A stretch of DNA of 64,000 bases, taken from Candidatus Latescibacterota bacterium (GTDB taxonomy: Bacteria; Latescibacterota; UBA2968). Numbering within the stretch: the stretch's first letter is position 1; each line of letters begins with the position of its first letter. The DNA lies in contig OZ241986.1 in the NCBI GenBank assembly GCA_965204375.1, positions 448,001-512,000 of the forward strand, read 5' to 3'. Shown here in pieces: positions 36,048 through 45,541 of the stretch. A program made the position numbers and the translations under genes. The notes under the pieces were generated by a model that was given only the letters and a program-made list of their open reading frames with translations, was not told where the DNA came from and searched no databases.

Positions 36048-39045
36048 GCTGTGAAATCTCCGGATTGGGATTGGTCAACCGCGCGAGATACGTGGTGCGC
36101 GGTTTGGTATTTAACTCTGTCAAAATGCCGTAATTTCGCTGTTGAACTTTGAGTTTGGCAACGCGGCTATTGGGATCTTTGATATCGCCGAATACGATGG
36201 CATCTGCAGGACACGCACCCTGACAGGCGGTTGTAATATCGCCTTCTCTCAATTCGCGATCCTCGATCTTTGCCTCAATTCGCGCAGCACTAATGCGCTG
36301 CACACAATAGGTGCATTTTTCCATCACGCCGCGACCGCGTACTGTCACATTGGGATTGCGCTGCAATTTGAAACTCGGTGTTTCTTCATCGGCATAGTGG
36401 AGGAAATTGAAGCGCCGTACCTTATAGGGACAGTTATTTGAACAATACCTCGTGCCCACACAGCGATTATAGGCCATATCGTTCAAACCCTCGGCACTGT
36501 GTACGGTCGCGCCAACGGGACAGACCAGTTCACAGGGGGCATTCTCGCATTGCATACAGGGTACGGGCTGGTTATAAATTTCGGGATTGTCCAGATCGCC
36601 CTTGTAGTAGCGGTCGATGCGAATCCAGTGCATTTCGCGTCCGTTGAGCACTTCATCTTTGCCTACCACCGGGATATTATTTTCCGACTGACAGGCGACT
36701 GTACAGGCATTGCAGCCATTGCATGAATTCAGGTCAATTGCCATGCCCCAGGCTATGCCGTCATTGTCGTGAATGCCATCAAAAAAGTTTGCATCGGGAC
36801 CGGGATCGTGTCCCATTTCGTGTACAAAATGCGGATGTTTTTCGTATTCATCAACTGTACCAGATCGCACCAGCGCGCGGCCTTCCATGCTGTGGTGATC
36901 CTGTGTGCAGGCCAGGGGATACGTCTGTCCCGTTTTTGTCATTGACGCGCCCGATGCAACCCACGGTGAATCAGATGTCTGAAGTGCGTAAGCATTAAAG
37001 CCAACGCCATTACCCACGCGCCCGGCAGCCGTGCGTCCAAAGCCGAGATGTACGGTAACGGCATTTGCGGGATGTCCGGGTGCGATCCAAACAGGTGCTT
37101 CCACAGAGCGATCATTCGCGCTCAACATAACCACATCGCCATTTTGAAGCCCCATCGCCTCGGCAGTTGCCGGGGCGATCAAAGCCGCATTATCCCAGGT
37201 GAGTCGCGTATGGGGTTTGGGCAATTCCTGCAACCAGCCATTGTTGGCATATCGTCCATCGCCAATTGTGGGATCCAGGCGGAAGTTCACTTCGAGACCC
37301 TCACTCGACTGCGAGGGCGTGCCGTAATTTTCGGTCAAGCTCACAGAACGCTCGGGCAAAGCCGTATCGGGAACCAGTCCGTCGTGCAACCATGTCTGCC
37401 AGGCTGTTTCAAAATCGCTGTCTTTGTACTGTTCACCCCAATATTCTTTGACCCGATCGTAATCCGCGCGTCCATCTCCCAGCATCATAGCCACCAGTTC
37501 AGCGGCGGACTTGCCACCGTAGAGCGGCTCAATCAACGGCTGGACAATAGACACGGTGCCATCAAAAGCGCGCGTATCGCCCCAGGCTTCTAATGCGTGT
37601 GCTTCGGGCAAGTGCCAGTGAGACAATCGCGCGGTTTCATTTTGAGATTGGTCCAGGTGAATGCGCGTTGTCACTTCCTGGTAAGCGGCGGCAAAATTGA
37701 GGTCTGCCGGTGCGTTGTAAACGGGATTGCCACCCAAAACCACCAGCAGTGAAACTCTGCCCTCTGACATATCGACGGTTAAATCTTTGAGGGAAGCGTA
37801 TTGATTGGTAGGCTCGGCTTCTACTGGATCTGTGTATGTCACGGTATTACCCACATTGCCCAACGCATCGTTGATGGCGTGTGCGAGTGCGTGAATAGCT
37901 GGTGGTTGATGATCGCCTGCAATCACCAGCGAGGTGCCGCGATGTGCTGCCAAATCTTTGACCAGTGCATTGAGCCATGTATCGTGTCCGGCACTATTGC
38001 CACCCATCGCGTTTATCCCCAATGCAGTAGCCACCGCTCGGGCAAATCCCTCGATCTGGCTGGCTTTCAATGGCAGACGATGATCGGCAAAAGCCCCCGT
38101 ATTGGAGGGGGTAGATTCAACGACGTAGAGCCGATTCATATCGGCCTTTTGGCCGTCGATAACCTTGCGACCGAGGGCAACGTGACGAGCGTGTCGAACA
38201 CTTGCCGCACCGCTTTCCATAAAATCGCCGTCCAAAGACAAGATGCGTTTGGCTTTTTCGAAATGATACTGCGTTTCGACCACTTCGCCAAAAGCCATTC
38301 TGGCACCTTCATGCACGTTGTCGCGCGCACCAGGCTCAAATTGATGCCACCTTGCGTTGGGATATTTTTCCAATAGCGCACGGATCTGGCTGACCAGGAC
38401 TGGCGAGGTCACTGTTTCTGTCAACAAACGCAATCCCTGCCCCTGATCCAAATCGAGTTTTGCCACTTCGGTAGCAAGGGTAGCAGAAAATCTCGTCCAT
38501 GTACTCGCGCGCCCGTTTGTTATGGGTACCTGCGTGCGGTCCGGGTCGTAGAGATCGAGTATTTGAGCCTGTGTAATTGCATCTGTGGGTCCAAAAGTCG
38601 CATTGCCTGGTCGGGGCGTTGCGGGATGTGCGGGATTGCCCTCTATTTTGGTTGGACGCCCCGCATGGCTTTCGACCAATACACCCCGGGCGAATCCGCC
38701 TTGAGAGAGAGCCGAAGCAAAGAATAGGGGTTTACCGGGTACGATCTGCTCGGGCGCACGTATATAGGGGACGATTCTTTCCGGCGGTTGGCGCGTACAC
38801 GATGTCAAACCGGCAAATGCCAGAGACGCGCCCATCACCTGTAGAAATTTGCGGCGACCGACTTTGTCGCTCCATTCGGAAGCCCCTTCGGGAAATTCGC
38901 GGTGCAAATAGTCGCGAAATTCTTCCGTATCGGCCAATTCATTCAGGCTGCGCCAATAATCCTGCCCCTCGCGCGTAGATAGGCGTTCGCGAATCGCAGA
39001 GAGGTCCAAACCGTCTTTATGTGCTGTGCGTGTCATCGATGACAT
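36040..39045 (-). CDS. actB: Alternative complex III subunit B (molybdopterin-oxidoreductase-like + Fe-S domain, Tat-variant)
   Basis: YWRSL, RRKFLQ Tat motif with lipobox Cys, GRPTKIEGN, CNGCNAC, CMQC..APC, MEKCTYC. Confidence 0.95.
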   Translation of the reverse strand: MSSMTRTAHKDGLDLSAIRERLSTREGQDYWRSLNELADTEEFRDYLHREFPEGASEWSDKVGRRKFLQVMGASLAFAGLTSCTRQPPERIVPYIRAPEQIVPGKPLFFASALSQGGFARGVLVESHAGRPTKIEGNPAHPATPRPGNATFGPTDAITQAQILDLYDPDRTQVPITNGRASTWTRFSATLATEVAKLDLDQGQGLRLLTETVTSPVLVSQIRALLEKYPNARWHQFEPGARDNVHEGARMAFGEVVETQYHFEKAKRILSLDGDFMESGAASVRHARHVALGRKVIDGQKADMNRLYVVESTPSNTGAFADHRLPLKASQIEGFARAVATALGINAMGGNSAGHDTWLNALVKDLAAHRGTSLVIAGDHQPPAIHALAHAINDALGNVGNTVTYTDPVEAEPTNQYASLKDLTVDMSEGRVSLLVVLGGNPVYNAPADLNFAAAYQEVTTRIHLDQSQNETARLSHWHLPEAHALEAWGDTRAFDGTVSIVQPLIEPLYGGKSAAELVAMMLGDGRADYDRVKEYWGEQYKDSDFETAWQTWLHDGLVPDTALPERSVSLTENYGTPSQSSEGLEVNFRLDPTIGDGRYANNGWLQELPKPHTRLTWDNAALIAPATAEAMGLQNGDVVMLSANDRSVEAPVWIAPGHPANAVTVHLGFGRTAAGRVGNGVGFNAYALQTSDSPWVASGASMTKTGQTYPLACTQDHHSMEGRALVRSGTVDEYEKHPHFVHEMGHDPGPDANFFDGIHDNDGIAWGMAIDLNSCNGCNACTVACQSENNIPVVGKDEVLNGREMHWIRIDRYYKGDLDNPEIYNQPVPCMQCENAPCELVCPVGATVHSAEGLNDMAYNRCVGTRYCSNNCPYKVRRFNFLHYADEETPSFKLQRNPNVTVRGRGVMEKCTYCVQRISAARIEAKIEDRELREGDITTACQGACPADAIVFGDIKDPNSRVAKLKVQQRNYGILTELNTKPRTTYLARLTNPNPEISQHG

Positions 39046-39701
39046 GTCGAGCAATCCGTGGAAGGGTTAATATCGTAGTCTTGAACCAGTTGTGCGCCCA
39101 GCACGGCTTGAGAGACCGCATGTCCGCGTTCATCCATTGGTTTCCAGACCATATTGAAAACTTCTTCGCGGGGACGCACATATTTCTCGGGTGCCCGGTG
39201 ACATTCCAGACACCATTCCATATTGAGGGTGTTCACTTTCCACATCAGCGGCATTTGATCGACCTGACCGTGACAGGTTTGACATCCGATGCCTTTGTGG
39301 ACGTGAATACTGTGATTGAAATAGACAAAGTCGGGGAGATCGTGTACGCGAATCCACTCTATGGGATTACCCGTGCGATAGCTTTCGCGGATGGGTTCGA
39401 GAAGGGGGCTTTCCGTCCATACTTGAGAATGGCAGGTCATGCAGGTTTCAACAGGGGGGATATTGGCAAATGAAGATTCTTCTACAGAGGTGTGACAATA
39501 GCGACAATCAATGCCCACACCGGTCACATGGTGTTTGTGACTGAAGGGCACGGGCTGTTTTTTTGCGACCAGGACATCGGATGTGTAGTGCAATCGGTTG
39601 GTGTTGAGTAGAATGGTGAGGCCCGTTCCAACAACAACCAGAACCACGACAATACTGATTCTGGCAAACGCGTTACTGCCACGCGGAAAAAGCTGCGCCA
39701 T
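39033..39701 (-). CDS. actA: Alternative complex III pentaheme cytochrome c subunit A
   Basis: Five CxxCH motifs (CRYCH, CMTCH, CQTCH, CLECH, CSTCH); QPVPFSH; LPDFVYFNH. Confidence 0.95.
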   Translation of the reverse strand: MAQLFPRGSNAFARISIVVVLVVVGTGLTILLNTNRLHYTSDVLVAKKQPVPFSHKHHVTGVGIDCRYCHTSVEESSFANIPPVETCMTCHSQVWTESPLLEPIRESYRTGNPIEWIRVHDLPDFVYFNHSIHVHKGIGCQTCHGQVDQMPLMWKVNTLNMEWCLECHRAPEKYVRPREEVFNMVWKPMDERGHAVSQAVLGAQLVQDYDINPSTDCSTCHR

Positions 39702-39762
39702 TTATGAATCCTGTGAAGTGAGATGAGACAAAATGAGATCAGGTCGAACCTACGAAGGGCTT

Positions 39763-39790
39763 AATATACACGAATCCACATGCGAGTCAA
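39763..39790 (-). promoter_or_regulatory. Putative promoter of the act-cox operon (TTGACT-16bp-TATATT)
   Basis: Hexamers on the minus strand about 60 bp upstream of actA. Confidence 0.4.
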
Positions 39791-39857
39791 GTAATAAGTT
39801 TTGCTCATATAAACTGTACATTATTATCTACTTTGTTTGGCATACAATACACACATT

Positions 39858-40952
39858 TTAATTGCGACTGTCCGCTGTAGGCAGTTCGGCAATGTACTGG
39901 TAATTGGGGTCACGCGCCTGTCTGTCCAGGATCTCGGCAATTTGTTTCCACGTTTCGCGCAAGCCCCGGGTGCAGTGGGGCATTTCGTGTTTGATCAGCC
40001 TGTGTAGCCGACCGAGTTTGTAGCACGGAACCGCAGCGTACATGTGGTGCTCGGTGTGGTAGTTCATATGCCAGTAGAGAAATTGGAGCAGGGGATTGAG
40101 GTAGATCGTGCGGCAGCAGAGGCGAAAATCCGGTACTTTGTCCTGCAGCCCAACGTGCTGTGCGGAGTTGCAAAGGGATTGCAACCACGATCCAAACATT
40201 TTGGGAAATGTGATGACCAGTGGGACAATCCAGTATCCATATGCCAGAGATATACCAGCGATCGAGAGGTGGCCGATGAGCAAGGTGCGCTCCCATCTGG
40301 TGTAGGCGCGACACCGCTCTGGATCGCTTTCGGGAAAGAGCATTCCAATCCAGGAATTTTTCCTGTTGATATAGCCGGTAAAGTTGCGAAACCTCTCTTT
40401 GAGCAATGTGTAGGGATACTTGTGGTTTACAATGGATCGCTTCCACAGACCTTTGAGGTCGATTTTTTGAGGAAGTACGACTTCCTGATCGTCGGGTGCG
40501 TGCAAGGTGTATTTGTGGTGCTCGGTATGGCTGGCCCAGAATAGATGGTGGTTGTGCCAGCCGAGGAAGGATAAAATGCGGAGGAAGAAGCGATTGAGCC
40601 ATCGGGTCTTGAAGACCGAATCGTGTACCAGTTCGTGAAAGCCGTTGACCAGAAAATGCCAGAAGTGTCCGTTTATGAAGACCAGTAGCGCGGTGATATA
40701 CCAGGGCCAGTGGCGCGATGAGTAAATGGCCGCTCCCGCAGCAACAGTTAACACACCCAGGAAACCGAGTGTCTGAGCAAAGCCGAGGAAATCACTTCGC
40801 TTATTGAGTTCGCGCAATGTCTCTCGGGGAACGCGGCAACGGTACCATTTGATGCGCGTCTTCTTGGGCGGTTTATTGTATTTTGGACCTTCCGTGAACA
40901 CGTCTCGATCAGAGGGCGTGTCCTGGTCAATGTTTTCGGTTTGTGTGTTCAA
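39858..40952 (-). CDS. Fatty acid desaturase family protein
   Basis: His boxes HELVH, HTEHH, QH and YHTEHH; TTG start uncertain. Confidence 0.88.
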   Translation of the reverse strand: MNTQTENIDQDTPSDRDVFTEGPKYNKPPKKTRIKWYRCRVPRETLRELNKRSDFLGFAQTLGFLGVLTVAAGAAIYSSRHWPWYITALLVFINGHFWHFLVNGFHELVHDSVFKTRWLNRFFLRILSFLGWHNHHLFWASHTEHHKYTLHAPDDQEVVLPQKIDLKGLWKRSIVNHKYPYTLLKERFRNFTGYINRKNSWIGMLFPESDPERCRAYTRWERTLLIGHLSIAGISLAYGYWIVPLVITFPKMFGSWLQSLCNSAQHVGLQDKVPDFRLCCRTIYLNPLLQFLYWHMNYHTEHHMYAAVPCYKLGRLHRLIKHEMPHCTRGLRETWKQIAEILDRQARDPNYQYIAELPTADSRN

Positions 40953-40954
40953 GG

Positions 40955-41021
40955 TTTATGATCTGCCTTAAGCTATCGAATGTAAGACTCATGGAAGATT
41001 ATACCTTCGTATCAGTTGCAT
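40955..41021 (-). pseudogene. Decayed 5' remnant of a partner gene (possibly retropepsin-like aspartic protease)
   Basis: ATG at 41021 overlapping the upstream gene end gives MQLIRRYNLP*VLHSIA*GRS. Confidence 0.35.
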
Positions 41022-41280
41022 GCAGAGCACGAATTCCCAACCATTGTCTTACTTGAATATCAAGTGAATCACGACTGGTATGGAAAAAATAAAATTCCCG
41101 TTCGGGATATTGCTGGTGAAGGGTCTGATACCGTTTCATAGCCGTTTTGCCATCAGGGCATTCCTCAACAACTGTTAGACGATTGAGATGCCGTCGATAA
41201 TCAGAGGTTGTATGGGCTTCTAATGCCTCTAAAACCAGCCATTTATTGGGATGACTTTTGCATATCTCAGACCAGCGCAT
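40999..41280 (-). CDS. Small hypothetical protein (93 aa)
   Basis: GAGGA RBS; MRWSEI...PNKWLVLEA...HQQYPEREFYFFHT pattern. Confidence 0.75.
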   Translation of the reverse strand: MRWSEICKSHPNKWLVLEALEAHTTSDYRRHLNRLTVVEECPDGKTAMKRYQTLHQQYPEREFYFFHTSRDSLDIQVRQWLGIRALHATDTKV

Positions 41281-41433
41281 ATAACATATTCCTCTACATC
41301 AAGAGTTTTTTGAATTTTGTTTGGCACGCAGGCGGTCCGAACATTAAAATCTCATCAGTGATCAAGATACGCGAATCCTCTTGCGCGTCAAGCGCGTTTT
41401 GTGAGTCATTTCTGTAATGTGTACCTGATTTAC

Positions 41434-42750
41434 CTATCCACTTGTCTTGCCAAAATTTGAGGTAAATATCAAAAAGTCGTTAAAATCTACGTCGCCATCC
41501 TGATCCAAATCACCGATTAAACCGCTTGGCGTGCTACCACCTCCGGTCGGTGTTATTTCAGAGGACCACCGAAGGATCTGATTTTGTCCCCGGGTCTCTG
41601 CGACTCCGTTGCCCGTAGAATCTATATAAGCACGGAATCTGCCGCCTTCAATTCCCAATACGCCGTTGCCCGCTTCATCGGCTGCCATAGCCGCAATGGG
41701 CCGCCCAGAAGCGTTGAGAATGCCCATTACACCGTGCCCATTTTCATCGACACCCAATACGGAAGCCAAAACGCCCTCTCTATTTGTCAACAGTACTGCT
41801 GCATCGCCAGCCTCATCAATTCCCAAATCAACTATTGAACCCGAGGCGCTGACGGCACTGACTGAGCCATTGCCAACATCATCTACACCCAGAATGACTA
41901 CGCCTGTGCCCGATTCAGATGCAGTGCCTACGATCAGTCCAGCATTTCCAGAATTATCGGCACCGAGAAGCGTGAGCGAACCCGAGCTACTGACGGTACT
42001 CACCAGTCCATTACCAGTTTCATCTAAGCCCAGAATGACCGCACCTGTGCCCGATTCGGAGCTACCGCTCACGATCAGTCCCGCATTTCCAGAATCATCG
42101 GCACCGAGAAGAGTAAAGCTCGAACCCAATGCATTTGATGCAGCTACCACACCATTGCCAGCTTGATCTACGCCCATCCCCGCAACAGAGGCATTATTTT
42201 CTATCACACTAATATCTCCGTTGCCAGCTTGATCGGCTGATATAGCCGCAACTGCCGCACCTGCTACGTTCCCTACGAGCAAAATACCATTTCCAGCGGG
42301 ATCCGATCCGATTATGGCGACGACGCCCCCCGCTGCATTTACAATCTGCAGTGTTCTTGTCTGTAGTGTTTGTACTCTCAATGTGTCGGATAAAATCTGC
42401 AGTTCTCCTGCTTGCGCTTGTTTGCCCAATCTCGGTGTCCCATTCTGGCGCGATAGAATATTATTGATAAATTCTGCCTTATCTCTACCTGGGACAAGCC
42501 CTGGTGCCTGTATTCGTTGCGCCAGAATTTTTTTTCGATGCGACCAGTTATGACGAAAGCCCGTATCGCTGTCACTTTCCACATTTACAGAGGTCAATTT
42601 GGGTGGAAGCAGCCGGTGAAACCACTTTGACGTAAAAGCGGGCGATGTGTTGAAAAGAAATACAATGATTAATCCAATTATCGCCCGCATTTGCCAGCGC
42701 ACTCTTTTTTCCAGTGCTTCTACCTTTTTTTCTACGATTTCCCTGTCCAT
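41434..42750 (-). CDS. Exported repeat protein with C-terminal dockerin/EF-hand-like motif
   Basis: N-terminal coiled segment plus TM; many LGxDxxGNG repeats; GDLDQDGDVDFNDFLIFTSNFG tail. Confidence 0.8.
   Translation of the reverse strand: MDREIVEKKVEALEKRVRWQMRAIIGLIIVFLFNTSPAFTSKWFHRLLPPKLTSVNVESDSDTGFRHNWSHRKKILAQRIQAPGLVPGRDKAEFINNILSRQNGTPRLGKQAQAGELQILSDTLRVQTLQTRTLQIVNAAGGVVAIIGSDPAGNGILLVGNVAGAAVAAISADQAGNGDISVIENNASVAGMGVDQAGNGVVAASNALGSSFTLLGADDSGNAGLIVSGSSESGTGAVILGLDETGNGLVSTVSSSGSLTLLGADNSGNAGLIVGTASESGTGVVILGVDDVGNGSVSAVSASGSIVDLGIDEAGDAAVLLTNREGVLASVLGVDENGHGVMGILNASGRPIAAMAADEAGNGVLGIEGGRFRAYIDSTGNGVAETRGQNQILRWSSEITPTGGGSTPSGLIGDLDQDGDVDFNDFLIFTSNFGKTSG
41833..42114 (-). 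repeat. 141-bp (47-aa) internal tandem duplication
   Basis: gcatttccagaat.atcggcaccgagaag at 41942 and 42083; boundaries approximate. Confidence 0.85.
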
Positions 42751-42850
42751 TCTATCTCCTTGAATTGGTGGTTGGGTTGTTTGCTTTAGAATATAAAGCA
42801 TCTGTCGAACAATAATAACTTAATCTGAGATAAGCGGCCATGGGTTCTCC

Positions 42851-42879
42851 TTGCTTTGATAAGATGAAACGGCTATTAT
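42851..42879 (+). promoter_or_regulatory. sigma70-like promoter TTGCTT-17bp-TATTAT
   Basis: Near-consensus hexamers in the divergent intergenic region upstream of ATG 42921. Confidence 0.45.
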
Positions 42880-42920
42880 GGACCGTTTCCCGCGAATGTA
42901 GAGAATGGAGGAATGCAGAG

Positions 42921-44312
42921 ATGAATTCGCCAGATCCACTTACCGTATCCAACTACCGCCAACTCTTTGTCGATAACCATCTCATTGACAGTCTCGAATA
43001 TGTGCGTATTCACCAGCACGCGCCTATTCCACGCGAAACTTGCCTCACCCTCAACCGCCCCTGGGAAGGTGAGACGAGTTGGTGTCCCGTTGTTATCAAA
43101 GATGGCGATAAATACAGAATGTGGTACCGATCTCAAGACGAGCAACAGGACACAGGTGGTTTTAACCACACGTTCACTGCTTATGCCGAGAGCGAAGACG
43201 GCATTTGTTGGCAACGGCCTAACCTCGGTTTGTTCAATTTTAATGGTTCAACCGATAACAATATCTGCGTTGACAATCCCAATACCAAGAATATCGCGGT
43301 TTTTGTGGATGAACGTCCCGGCGTGCCAGAATCCGAGCGGTACAAAGCAGCGGGACGCTGGAGCGGTGGCAAACCCGCTCGTATCTACGGTCTCGTTTCG
43401 CCCGATGGCATTCACTGGCAAAACGCAGCAGATGGGCCACTTATCATAGCCTCTGAAGACGATCCCAATTTTGATAGTCCAGTCAGTGCTTTTTGGGATG
43501 CGCGTCAGGGATGTTATGTCCTGTACGCGCGTGGCTGGTTTCCCGATGGCAATGAACCGCGAATGCGCGCCATTCGAATGACGACTTCGCCGGATTTCAT
43601 ACATTGGGACCCATGGCAATATATCTGCATTGATGGCAAAACGCGCTTTGATTATCAACTTTATACAAATGCCGTTCATCCCTACACGCGCGCACCCTAT
43701 TATTTCGCCTTTCCCAAACGCTTTATTGCAACGCGCCAAGCTCTGCCCGAGTGGGGGCACGATGGTCTGTCAGATGTCCTGTTTCTCGCCAGTAGAGACG
43801 GCCTGAATTTCACTCAGCCTTATGCCGATGCGTTTATGCGTCCCGGTCTTGATCAAAACAACTGGCACGAGCGCTCCATTTTTATCGGACCGCGTGTGGT
43901 GTCCACCGCGCCCGGTGAACTTTCACTTTATTCTGTGCAAAATTACCGCACCCCCAATGCGCACATTCGGCGTTTCACCCTGCGGGAAGATGGGTTTGTT
44001 TCTGTTCGCGCTGATGCGAGGGCTGGTATTTTTACGACCAGACCGTTCACTTTCACTGGTACCCAATTGGAAATCAATTATTCTACGAGCGTTGCCGGTT
44101 CGATTCGCATCGCATTGCTCGACGAAGCGGGCGATTCCTTGCCAAAATTCGCGCTCGACGACTGTCCCCATATTTTTGGCGATGAAATCGCGCGCACTGT
44201 TCGCTGGGAAAACGCCAATGCTATCGATGTCGCTCCGAACCAACCTATTCGTTTGCAATTTGAGCTAATTGAAGCAGACCTCTTTTCTTTTCGGTTCTTC
44301 AACCCAGATTAA
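42921..44312 (+). CDS. Five-bladed beta-propeller glycoside hydrolase-like protein (GH32/43/130-like)
   Basis: QLFVD, YRMWY, YAESEDGICW, SPDGIHW, SRDGLNF and LREDGF motifs. Confidence 0.75.
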   Translation: MNSPDPLTVSNYRQLFVDNHLIDSLEYVRIHQHAPIPRETCLTLNRPWEGETSWCPVVIKDGDKYRMWYRSQDEQQDTGGFNHTFTAYAESEDGICWQRPNLGLFNFNGSTDNNICVDNPNTKNIAVFVDERPGVPESERYKAAGRWSGGKPARIYGLVSPDGIHWQNAADGPLIIASEDDPNFDSPVSAFWDARQGCYVLYARGWFPDGNEPRMRAIRMTTSPDFIHWDPWQYICIDGKTRFDYQLYTNAVHPYTRAPYYFAFPKRFIATRQALPEWGHDGLSDVLFLASRDGLNFTQPYADAFMRPGLDQNNWHERSIFIGPRVVSTAPGELSLYSVQNYRTPNAHIRRFTLREDGFVSVRADARAGIFTTRPFTFTGTQLEINYSTSVAGSIRIALLDEAGDSLPKFALDDCPHIFGDEIARTVRWENANAIDVAPNQPIRLQFELIEADLFSFRFFNPD

Positions 44313-44392
44313 CACTGTGTTCACCTACTTTTGATTTTTCATCTGCGTGCATCTGCGGATACTTTTCGATTCTTTAGCCCCGGAGAAATGTC

Positions 44393-45538
44393 ATGAAAAT
44401 CGCCAAAATCGAACAATTTTTTCCCCGCCGTCGAATGCGGTTGATCAAAATTACGACCGATACCGGTATTGTCGGCTGGGGGGAAACCACTCTTGAGGGC
44501 AAACCCAGGAGTACCTGGGCCGCCGTAGAAGAACTTGCCGATTATCTCGTTGGGAAAAATCCCCTGCGCATTGAACACCACTGGCAACATATTTACCGAT
44601 CCGCTTTTTATCGCGGGGGCAATGTGCTTATGACTGCTCTTTCGGGTATTGATCAGGCGCTTTGGGATATTGCGGGTAAATATTTCAATGTGCCGACCTA
44701 TCAGCTTCTCGGTGGACCCGTGCGCGATCGCATTCGCGTTTATGCCCATTGGGGGATTCGCGACAGTTCGGAACGCGGCCTGGACTCTGCATGTGAGCGT
44801 CTTGAAATGCTTCAGGAAAAGGGGGGGTACAAAGCTTTTAAATCGGGGCCAGGCGGCAAGTGGCGCGCCCACGAACCTCCCGCTGTGATCGACCATTTTG
44901 TCAAATGTGCCTATACCATGCGCGAGTGGGTTGGCGATGACTGCGAACTCTGTTTTGATTTTCACGGCAAGATGACGCCCGCGCTCGCTGTAGAAATTTG
45001 CCACGAGATCAAAGGCATGCGTCCCATGTTTGTCGAAGAACCCGTGCCGCAGGAAAATGTCGATGCGCTCAAACACGTTTCCGACCATGTGCCTTTTCCC
45101 ATTGCCACGGGTGAACGCCTGCTTTCGCGCTGGGAATTTCGCACTGTTTTTGAAAAAAATGCCGTTGCCTATATCCAGCCCGATGGATCGCATGCAGGCG
45201 GTATTTCCGAACTCAAACGCATTGCGAACATGGCAGAAGTGTATTATATGCATATCATGCCCCACTGTGCTATTGGGCCAGTTGCGTTCTCTGCCTGTAT
45301 GCAGGTTGATGCCGCTGTGCCCAATTTTCTCATTCAAGAGCAAGTCGATGCGGGTCTGGGTGAGGATCTTCTGCAAGACCCCTGGGTTGTCAGAGATGGA
45401 CATATTGATTTGCCCACCAGGCCAGGTCTGGGGTTTGACCTTATTTCCAAAGAAGCCGAACAAAATATCGGGGTTTACGAAGAAGAACTCGGCGGGGAGT
45501 ATTTTTACGAAAACGATGGTAGTGTTGCAGACTGGTAA
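44393..45538 (+). CDS. dgoD: Galactonate dehydratase (enolase superfamily)
   Basis: GWGETTLEG, IDQALWDIAGK, DFHG, FVEEP, ATGER and DGSVADW motifs. Confidence 0.85.
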   Translation: MKIAKIEQFFPRRRMRLIKITTDTGIVGWGETTLEGKPRSTWAAVEELADYLVGKNPLRIEHHWQHIYRSAFYRGGNVLMTALSGIDQALWDIAGKYFNVPTYQLLGGPVRDRIRVYAHWGIRDSSERGLDSACERLEMLQEKGGYKAFKSGPGGKWRAHEPPAVIDHFVKCAYTMREWVGDDCELCFDFHGKMTPALAVEICHEIKGMRPMFVEEPVPQENVDALKHVSDHVPFPIATGERLLSRWEFRTVFEKNAVAYIQPDGSHAGGISELKRIANMAEVYYMHIMPHCAIGPVAFSACMQVDAAVPNFLIQEQVDAGLGEDLLQDPWVVRDGHIDLPTRPGLGFDLISKEAEQNIGVYEEELGGEYFYENDGSVADW

Positions 45539-45541
45539 TAT

